A stretch of DNA of 56,062 nucleotides from Anaerolineae bacterium. Its GTDB lineage: Bacteria; Chloroflexota; Anaerolineae; UBA7937. Positions 1 through 6,994 of this stretch are shown in pieces. A model generated the notes under the pieces. The model was not told the DNA's origin. It made no database searches and saw only the letters and a program-made list of their open reading frames with translations. Location: positions 1 through 56,062 of the forward strand of contig DAOULQ010000104.1 in the NCBI GenBank assembly GCA_034419095.1, given 5' to 3'. Positions within the stretch are counted from its first letter, which is position 1. The number at the start of each line of letters is the position of its first letter. A program made the translations under genes and the position numbers.

Positions 1-751
1 TCTATGGTGCCAAAACCCAGTCAGGTACCGTCCATCCGCTTAAGAAACAGTCACCGCGCTTGGTTACAAAATATGTTGCACAACCGAGCAAGGTTCGGTT
101 ACATGTTTAAATTGCTTGACAGGCCCCGCGGAGGCGTCAGAGACCGATTTCAACGGTGCAGGGCTCACGGTGTGGCGAGGTGGCCACTCGTTGTGACTCA
201 AGCGAGCGAGTCAAGCCACACATCGGCAGATCGTTGCAGGTTGGCTCCCTCAACGGGGAACGAACTACGGCCTAACATCTGGATCTGTCCAGATACTCAT
301 CCAGCAAGCCTGCATGGCCCCCGCAGAGCCCCCTTCTCTCTCCAGAAGTTAAATCACCAACGGTAGCAAGCCCTCTCCGGCACCCTATGACGGCGACAGG
401 GTTTGCTAGCGGCTCCCCTCCCTTCAACCCTGCAAGGACGGTGGTTGCCTTCCTATTGGTGTTTAACCTCGACCTGCTCATCTATTCCTCTGGGGACCTT
501 TATCTTAGATCAGAGGGAAAATCCCGACATCAACTTTTTCTCACTCTTTGTGAGGCGCTATACCCTCTTCTTATTCCTCTTGAATGTCGCTTGCACGGAG
601 TCATTTCCTGAGGGTAGGCAACTTCGCTAGATCTGTCATTGCTAAATATGGCGCTATTTGGCGTTGTTCCGCTAGCCTACAGGGAAAATGATAGCTGCTA
701 GGTCGGTTGCTCTGCAGAGATGGATCGGCTACCTCAAGACGAAGTCGAGAA
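1..751. other. apparently non-coding, hairpin-rich spacer downstream of nagA (candidate structured RNA or decayed element)
   Basis: Only short Arg/Pro-rich ORFs with no protein-like character. Stops occur in all three minus frames within 1-275. Nested helices: 170-176/215-221 (GTGTGGC/GCCACAC) enclosing 194-199/208-213 (TGACTC/GAGTCA); 277-283/288-294 (ATCTGGA/TCCAGAT, 4-nt loop); 407-413/436-442 (CAGGGTT/AACCCTG). Confidence 0.3.
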
Positions 752-1951
752 TCAGCCGCTTGAGTGGGCCTCTCTTGTATCTGAATGCGCATCGTAAACG
801 ACCTCACCGGCTACAATTGCCATCTTGCAACGCATCTCCTGATCCATGAGTATGATATCAGCGTCGTAGCCTCGTGCGATACGGCCCTTCTTTCGCCCTA
901 GACCCACCACAACAGCGGGTTGGCTCGTAGCCATCGGAAGTACCTTGGTCAAGTGCAGAGCGGTGAAGCTGAGCATGTTCTTGACGGCCACGTCCATCGT
1001 CAGCACGCTACCGGCCAAAGTGGCGTCATCAAGAAGAGCCTGCCCCTCTCGTACCGTAACCTCTTGGCCCAGAAGCTCGTATCTTCCATCCTTGAGGCCA
1101 GCGGCTGGCATGGCGTCTGTGACCAGAATGAGCCGCTCAGCGCCTACCGCATGAACAAGGATCCTTACGGCCGCTGGATGCACGTGGTGGCCGTCGCAAA
1201 TCAACATTATCCGAGACCTTGTGGAGTCCAAAACCGCCCCTACTACTCCCGGGTCCCGATGATGAAAGCCTCGCATAGCATTAAAGCAGTGAGTGACCAA
1301 TTCGAAATCGCCCGCAAGCGCGGCTGATGCTTCCTCATAGGTTGCCGCGGAGTGACCTAGACTTACGCGTACTCCCGCTTCCTTGAATTGACGAGCCACA
1401 AGTTTGGCCTTTGGCAGTTCGGGAGCCATAGTTGATATGACGAGGGAGCCCCGTGCTGCCTCCAGGTAGGCGCGGGCCTCTCTGTCGTTGGGCTCGCGTA
1501 GCCATTCTGGGAGAAACGCCCCGTGCTTCACTGGGCTCAAAAAGGGCCCTTCGAGGTGAATGCCAATTGGCTGTGCTCCCGGGTAGGAACATTGGAGAGC
1601 AGCCGCCAAGGCTGCCAGGTGCCCACACAGCGCCTCGTGGTTGGCTGCCATAGGAGAAACGAGGAAAGCAGTCGTGCCCCAACGCGGCAGAAGCTCGGAG
1701 ATGGATGCGATCTCTTGGACCAGGCTCTCCGCGTGTGCAAAGCCGTGGCCCCCGCAACCGTAGAAATGGAGGTCGATCAAACCGGGCGCTACGAAACTGC
1801 CCGATGCGTCTATGGTTTGCGCGGATGACGGTATCTCCTGGCCCTGGGGGCCTACCCCCACGATCTTGGACCCCTCGATCAGGACGGTCCCCGCATCAAT
1901 CACTTTGTCCGGTGTGAAAACCCTGCCACCAACTACGGCCGTGGTAGTCAT
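752..1951 (-). CDS. nagA: N-acetylglucosamine-6-phosphate deacetylase (amidohydrolase superfamily)
   Basis: 399-aa ORF with NagA-type motifs: DLHFYGCGG, HLEGPFLS, THCFNAM, VTDAM. A GGAGAGG RBS lies upstream of the ATG at 1951. Confidence 0.9.
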   Translation of the reverse strand: MTTTAVVGGRVFTPDKVIDAGTVLIEGSKIVGVGPQGQEIPSSAQTIDASGSFVAPGLIDLHFYGCGGHGFAHAESLVQEIASISELLPRWGTTAFLVSPMAANHEALCGHLAALAAALQCSYPGAQPIGIHLEGPFLSPVKHGAFLPEWLREPNDREARAYLEAARGSLVISTMAPELPKAKLVARQFKEAGVRVSLGHSAATYEEASAALAGDFELVTHCFNAMRGFHHRDPGVVGAVLDSTRSRIMLICDGHHVHPAAVRILVHAVGAERLILVTDAMPAAGLKDGRYELLGQEVTVREGQALLDDATLAGSVLTMDVAVKNMLSFTALHLTKVLPMATSQPAVVVGLGRKKGRIARGYDADIILMDQEMRCKMAIVAGEVVYDAHSDTREAHSSG

Positions 1952-2062
1952 CGGCTACCTCTCCAGTTCTGGCTTCGTCATCGAAATTCGTACCCGATCG
2001 ATGATCGATTTCGAGAACTCGATGTTGCACACCTATAGGCCGAAAGGTCTACCCAGCCAATC

Positions 2063-4330
2063 TCATGGCGCTGCGCTCGCAACGATCTTGACCACCCATA
2101 TCTCTCCTGGCTCCAACGACTTACCCAGTACCAGCTGGCCGTCCCGATTCCGGCACGGTACCGGCTGGCCGGTGACGATGTCTGTTGCTGTGTAGTCCCC
2201 TTGGGGTACGGCGATCCTAAATTGCGGCTGTGCTCGCTGATCTGCATGGTTGAAGGCAAGGAGAATACGGAAGGAGTGGCTTTCCTCGTCCTTTCCCTCT
2301 AGCAGACGCGGCTCTATCTCCAGAGCGATCGGGACACCATCCACTTCGACAGGTGGCTCGATCCCTGCCAGCCGCGCCACTCCCTTGAGCAGCCGACCAG
2401 AGTTTTCGTCCTGGTACCTGTAGAATGCAAAACTCAGCATCGTGCCCACGAAGACCGCCCAACCTCGACCGTAACGGTTGACTACGATAGCTGGCGCGCC
2501 ATTCTCGAATTCACCCACCACCTCGGCCGTCTCGGACAGGACCTCCAATTCCTCTTGGAAACGAGCCCCAACAAGCACATCCCCCTTGCTCAACAAGGGC
2601 AACGCCGGGTGGTCCTTGGTGATGTGGATGTGACAGGGTGTCTCCTCGTCCATCCCCGTTGCACCCCGCTCCCGACAGCCGAAGACCTTCTCTAGGCCCA
2701 TCCCAGGCACCGCTTCACTACAGTAGCCCGTTTCGTCGTTCCAGGCAGTGCGTGCCTCGGCAACCACAACCCCACCTCGGCGCACGAATTCGTCAATGCT
2801 GGCTGCCGCAGCTCGAGGTAGCATGAAGGAGAAGGGCAGGTACAGCAGGGCGTACTTCCCAAGCTTGCCAGCTGCAATCTGATCCACGTGGAGGAAGTCC
2901 GCTGGGATATGCTCCTGATAGAGGGCCCGGTAACTACCTATGTAGCTACAGCTGGGGACATAATGGTGGCACTCGCGCATACAAACCCACATGATATTGG
3001 CATACACATTCCAGCAGATACCCGCCTGTGCTCGAGTGGGCTTACCGGCATAGAAGAGGTCCATGTTTTGGGTGACGAGCCTCGAGACAGCGCCAGCGGC
3101 TAAGGCTCGCTCGCTAGGGGTACCGTCCAGGTTGGCTAGGCCGAAGCCAGCCGACTCGTAGCCGCTGCTCATGGGGTGCCAGGCGTAGAAGCAGAGACCC
3201 TTAGCGCCATGGGCGATGGAGTGCCAGGCATAGGAGCGAGCGTCGGCCTCGGTCATGTGCGAGGCGAACATACCGACGTACCCATGCCCCCCCTGGAGCT
3301 CTCCCAACCAGTACGATGCACCAACAGAGTCGCAAGCGGAGCGGGTGCCGGCCAGCATCGCCGCCCGAAACGAGGGGTCTTTGGTTTCCTTGGCCCCTAC
3401 GTGCTTCGGGTAAAGCGAAGTGCCCCAGATGTCCACCTGTTGAGCCATCCGCCAGTCGTCGGGCGAACCTTGCGCGTCGATCGGCAGGGTGAGGATGGAA
3501 GGGACGGCCGAGTGGCTGGTGGTGGGGTGATGGTCGGCCTGGCGTACTGTTTCATGCCGCCAGCGAAGGTCTTCCGCCAGTTTGTCCATGATGAACTGCA
3601 GCCAATCCACGTATTCGGTGTAGGTCATTAAGGAGATGAACTTTGGGGGGAGCACCAAGTCCCAACTGGAGAAATTCCGATACCAGGCCCTGTTGAGCGT
3701 GTCCAGACTCTGGTACCTGCGACGAAGCCAGTCGCGGAAACGCTGGGCGGTGTGATGGCAGTAGCAGAAGGTAGCTGGCTGCGGCAGGAAGTCGAAATAC
3801 CCCCACTGAACGATGTGAGGCTCACTCCACAGATCCCAGGCCAGGAAGGGCTTGCGGTCAGCAATGTGCCCGGCCAGGGCGCGCATGAAGCGCTCAGCTG
3901 AGGCGCGCACACCAGGGTGATCGTAGCAGTAACCGGGTGCACCCTGGGAGTCGATGGGCACGCCGCCGGCCGAGATATAGCGGCAGTCTGGATAATACTT
4001 CGCTAGCCAGTCCGGCGCTGAATCGAGATAGAGTTGGACGATGACCCTGAGGCCCACCTGCTCAGCCAGCTCCATTAGCAGCTCCACGGCCTCGAAGTGA
4101 TAATCGCCGGGCTCCGGCTCGCCACTGGCCCAGTCCACCCAGCAGCGGACAGTGTTGAAGCCGCAGTTGGCGATGTTCTCCAGGTCCCTCTGCCAACTCT
4201 CCCGATCATCGGGCTTCGGTGGCCGGACCATGGTCGCCCGGGCTCTCCCACCCGTGTACCAAGCGGCAATAGGGATAAACTTCTCGTCCACTTTCACCTC
4301 CCTGTTTTCTACATCAGATTCAACTGTCAT
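2063..4330 (-). CDS. GH42-like clan GH-A glycosidase (beta-galactosidase / possibly exo-beta-D-glucosaminidase-like)
   Basis: N-terminal TIM-barrel signature GFNTVRCWVDWASGEPEPGDYHF, and AWDLWSEPH (putative acid/base Glu). Has a GH42 middle-domain-like segment, YALLYLPFSFMLPRAAAASIDEFVRRGGVVVAE. The track ORF extends to 4441 but its first 37 aa look non-coding. ATG at 4330; an alternative GTG at 4291 is preceded by GGGAGGTG. Confidence 0.75.
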   Translation of the reverse strand: MTVESDVENREVKVDEKFIPIAAWYTGGRARATMVRPPKPDDRESWQRDLENIANCGFNTVRCWVDWASGEPEPGDYHFEAVELLMELAEQVGLRVIVQLYLDSAPDWLAKYYPDCRYISAGGVPIDSQGAPGYCYDHPGVRASAERFMRALAGHIADRKPFLAWDLWSEPHIVQWGYFDFLPQPATFCYCHHTAQRFRDWLRRRYQSLDTLNRAWYRNFSSWDLVLPPKFISLMTYTEYVDWLQFIMDKLAEDLRWRHETVRQADHHPTTSHSAVPSILTLPIDAQGSPDDWRMAQQVDIWGTSLYPKHVGAKETKDPSFRAAMLAGTRSACDSVGASYWLGELQGGHGYVGMFASHMTEADARSYAWHSIAHGAKGLCFYAWHPMSSGYESAGFGLANLDGTPSERALAAGAVSRLVTQNMDLFYAGKPTRAQAGICWNVYANIMWVCMRECHHYVPSCSYIGSYRALYQEHIPADFLHVDQIAAGKLGKYALLYLPFSFMLPRAAAASIDEFVRRGGVVVAEARTAWNDETGYCSEAVPGMGLEKVFGCRERGATGMDEETPCHIHITKDHPALPLLSKGDVLVGARFQEELEVLSETAEVVGEFENGAPAIVVNRYGRGWAVFVGTMLSFAFYRYQDENSGRLLKGVARLAGIEPPVEVDGVPIALEIEPRLLEGKDEESHSFRILLAFNHADQRAQPQFRIAVPQGDYTATDIVTGQPVPCRNRDGQLVLGKSLEPGEIWVVKIVASAAP

Positions 4331-4388
4331 CCAATCACATTCTACTGCAACCACGCTACAAGAGCCTGGCGGGCCGCATTCCACGCAT

Positions 4389-4853
4389 TCACGAGAATGT
4401 AGGTGCCGTGCCCATCTCCTGGCAGCGCCACCACTTGGCACGGACCTTGAACCAGTTTCGCCATCTCCTGGGCTTGCTCCAGAACCAAGCGCTGATCCCG
4501 ATCGGCTTTCCCTCCCAGTCGGCGGGCACCTGGACCTGGCGGCGGTAGATCACCACCTTCGCCTTCCCCACCCGATCCTCCAACCCCTGTTCCGACCAGG
4601 GGGCAGGAGCGCGCACTTGGTCCCAGGTGCTGTCGTCGTAGTCCGGCGTGGTCATCTCCTCGCTAAACATCTCCACCTGCCGGAAGCGCCACAATCCGGT
4701 TAACTCGATGGCGTCGGTCAGACTCACGTCGGTGATCGTCTCCTGCCCCTCGGCCACGGTCAGGGCGGTGGGGGGTGGAGCAGCCGCTGGTGCGCAGCCA
4801 CCAGCCAGGAGAGCAGCCAGCACAGCCGCAATCAGAACCCATTTCCCTCTCAT
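4389..4853 (-). pseudogene. lipoprotein-type ORF with GH2 N-terminal sugar-binding-domain-like segment, apparently truncated
   Basis: Signal/lipobox MRGKWVLIAAVLAALLAGGC. DDSTWDQVRAPAPW...VIYRRQVQVPADWEGKPI resembles the GH2 jelly-roll N-domain. The last ~30 aa are an implausible W/R-rich tail (WFWSKPRRWRNWFKVRAKWWRC) that overlaps the upstream extension of the next ORF. Confidence 0.4.
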
Positions 4854-4865
4854 GTTATGACCTCC

Positions 4866-5303
4866 TCATCTCTCCCTCCCCCCAACTCCTCTCCTCATCA
4901 GCTCGATCTCGCCCAGTTCCCCCCTGGCGATGGCTCCCCTGGCCTGGACGAAGGCCGGGTTCCAGCGGTTCTCGAACGCCAACTGGCAGCAAACACCGGC
5001 TCGTTCCACCGCCCCCAGCATCTGCTCAGCTTCAGCGACCGTGGTAGCGAACGGCGTCTCCACAAGCAAGTGAGCGAAATCTGGCGTAGCGACGACCAGA
5101 GCATCCGGCCGCTCCTTTTTCAGCAACTCCCAGCAGTCGGCATAGCCGGGGATGGCGAAACGAGGGGCAGCCTCGGCCAGCGTCTGGGGATTCACATTGC
5201 TCAGGGCTACCAGCCGGGCGTCACGGTTCTGAGCCACGGCGCGGGCAAACAGGTGACCACGGGTGCCCATTCCGACAATGCCTATCCCGATCGCTGGTCT
5301 CAT
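4866..5303 (-). pseudogene. Gfo/Idh/MocA-family oxidoreductase, N-terminal Rossmann half only (truncated)
   Basis: IGIVGMGTRGHLFA dinucleotide-binding start, and ...ENRWNPAFVQARGAIARGELGEI where the C-terminal domain normally begins. Only 145 aa versus ~330-400 for the family (compare the intact paralog at 24706-25896). Its start overlaps the stop of the upstream ABC gene. Confidence 0.6.
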
Positions 5304-6994
5304 CTCCTCTCCACCTCTCTCCTCTGACGGATTTGTCCGTCAAGCAATTCATAGAGAACCGAAGCGTACTCTTCCACCAGAGGATCGTGCGTGGCCATGA
5401 TGACCGTGAGCCCTTCGCTGTGGGCCAGTTCTTGGAATAGGGTCATGATCTGCCGGGCACTGGTCGAGTCCAGTTCGCCCGTTGGCTCATCGGCCAGGAT
5501 CAGTGCCGGGCGATTGGCAATAGCCCGGGCGATTGCCAGCCGCTGCTGCTGCCCGCCGGACAGCTCATAGGGCCGATGGTTAGCCCAGGCCAGAAGGCCC
5601 ACCCGGGCCAAGCACTGACGAGCACGTGCTACCCGTTCCCGCCAGGGCACTCCGGCCAATCGCAACACCAGATCGACATTGTCGATGGCGGAAAGCTGCG
5701 GCAACAAGGCAAAGCTCTGGAACACGTAACCAACTCGGTGGCGGCGTAGGCAGGTCAGTTCAGCGTCGGAAAGCGCCCCGATTTCTTGCCCGTCGAGGTA
5801 CCCCCGCCCACTCGTCGGGCGGTCTAGTCCCCCGATCAGATTCAGCAAGGTGGTCTTGCCAGAGCCTGAGCGGCCGTACACGGCGGCAAAGGTCTCCGGA
5901 ACAACCTCCAGGCTCACTCCTCGCAGCGCCGGGACCGATACGCCGTTCGTCTGATAGGTGCGAACCAAGTCGACTGTGCGCACCGCAGCCCCAGCCCAGG
6001 TTGCGGGCGGCGCAGCCCGCTGTGGATACAGACGGGCCGCCACCTGGCCAGCGCAGACACGCGCGCGATGGATCAGCAGCTCGACCTGCCTGCTCAACCA
6101 AGGAAGGCGCGGCCCTTCCTCGCTGGGCTGTGCTGGCACCTCCAATGCCTCTTCCTCTCCCACGGGGTGGATCACGATCGTCCCATCCCTCAGTTCCAGC
6201 CTCGCCAGTCGCCCAATCCCCAACTGTTCACGGTACTCTTGTGGCACCTGCAGCCGCCCGGCCGAATCCAAAACGGTGTACTCGGAGGAGAGAGAAGAGG
6301 GTTCTCTCCTTTCCGCTCTTTTCTCCGTACTGACTTTGCCGTCACGGATGGTCACAACCCGGTCGGCTTGGCCAGCGATGGCCGCGTCGTGGGTGACCAG
6401 GACCATCGTCGTGCCCAGGGCGACATTGATCTGATGCAAGGTCTCCCAGATGCCCCGAGCGGTGGCTGTGTCCACGTTGCCGGTTGGCTCGTCCGCCAAA
6501 AGAAGCACGGGGCGATTAGCCAGAGCGATGGCGAGAGCTAGCCGTTGCTGCTCGCCGCTGGAAAGCTCGACCAGCCGGTGTGCTCGGCGTGCTGCTAGTC
6601 CCACCGCTTCCAGGAGTTCCTCCACCCAGTCGCCGTCGGGCCGGGTCATCCGGCCAGCCACGATCTGCGGCAGCATCACGTTCTCCGCCGCCCTCAGGTA
6701 AGGAATTAGGTTGCGGGCTGGCTGCTGCCAAACGAAGCCCACCACCTCTCGCCGGTAGCGGCTGAGAGACCAGGGTGAGATGTGCCCCAGATCGTGGCCG
6801 GCGACCACGGCTCTGCCAGCGGTGGGGCGGTCGAGTGTGCCCAGGATGTTCAAAAGAGTGGTCTTGCCACTGCCGCTGGGACCGACGACAGCGACCATCT
6901 CCCCCTGCGCCGCGCTTAGGTCGAGTCCCTGTAGCGCCACCACTTCGACCCCAGCCGCCTTGTAAATCTTCACCAGTCCCTCGCAGAGGATCAT
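5300..6994 (-). CDS. ABC transporter ATP-binding protein, two fused MacB/LolD-type NBDs with an intervening AbrB/SpoVT-like segment
   Basis: Two full motif sets: Walker A GPSGSGKTT / GRSGSGKTT, signature LSSGEQQR / LSGGQQQR, Walker B LLLADEPT / LILADEPT. The linker contains YTVLDSAGRLQVPQEYREQLGIGRLARLELRDGTIVIHP. Confidence 0.9.
   Translation of the reverse strand: MILCEGLVKIYKAAGVEVVALQGLDLSAAQGEMVAVVGPSGSGKTTLLNILGTLDRPTAGRAVVAGHDLGHISPWSLSRYRREVVGFVWQQPARNLIPYLRAAENVMLPQIVAGRMTRPDGDWVEELLEAVGLAARRAHRLVELSSGEQQRLALAIALANRPVLLLADEPTGNVDTATARGIWETLHQINVALGTTMVLVTHDAAIAGQADRVVTIRDGKVSTEKRAERREPSSLSSEYTVLDSAGRLQVPQEYREQLGIGRLARLELRDGTIVIHPVGEEEALEVPAQPSEEGPRLPWLSRQVELLIHRARVCAGQVAARLYPQRAAPPATWAGAAVRTVDLVRTYQTNGVSVPALRGVSLEVVPETFAAVYGRSGSGKTTLLNLIGGLDRPTSGRGYLDGQEIGALSDAELTCLRRHRVGYVFQSFALLPQLSAIDNVDLVLRLAGVPWRERVARARQCLARVGLLAWANHRPYELSGGQQQRLAIARAIANRPALILADEPTGELDSTSARQIMTLFQELAHSEGLTVIMATHDPLVEEYASVLYELLDGQIRQRREVERR

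Noticed and set aside
4-366. 120-aa ORF at the left edge, possibly the C-terminus of a gene entering the window (considered TnpB/IscB, since a structured RNA might follow).
   Set aside because: There is no zinc-finger or RuvC-like motif, and the composition is that of translated GC-rich non-coding DNA.
1-751. Group II intron, riboswitch (cobalamin, glycine, SAM, Mn), RNase P, tmRNA, SRP or 5S identity for the structured spacer.
   Set aside because: I could not find the diagnostic conserved boxes on either strand: domain V AGC...CGUACGGUUC, B12 box, GGAGAG...CACCG, GAGGAAAGUCC, or T-loop GGUUCGAAUCC. The region is left as an unassigned candidate only.
4331-4441. N-terminal extensions in the ORF track: 2063-4441, 11816-13267, 13320-14429, 29989-31191, 36162-36968, 41202-42233, 54628-55563.
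   Set aside because: The extensions overlap upstream genes or intergenic hairpins and have non-protein-like composition. Internal starts with good RBS and canonical family N-termini (signal peptides, first TM, catalytic N-termini) exist.
5626-6333. Long antisense/shadow ORFs inside strongly supported genes. Examples: 5626-6333 (+, 235 aa), 12488-13108 (+, 206 aa), 26420-26956 (-, 178 aa), 26965-27531 (+, 188 aa), 46894-47580 (-, 228 aa), 48715-49272 (-, 185 aa), 50944-51660 (-, 238 aa).
   Set aside because: They are Arg/Pro/Gly/Ser-rich with no recognisable motifs. Each lies entirely opposite or out of frame to genes with clear family signatures. This is typical GC-rich shadow-ORF behaviour.
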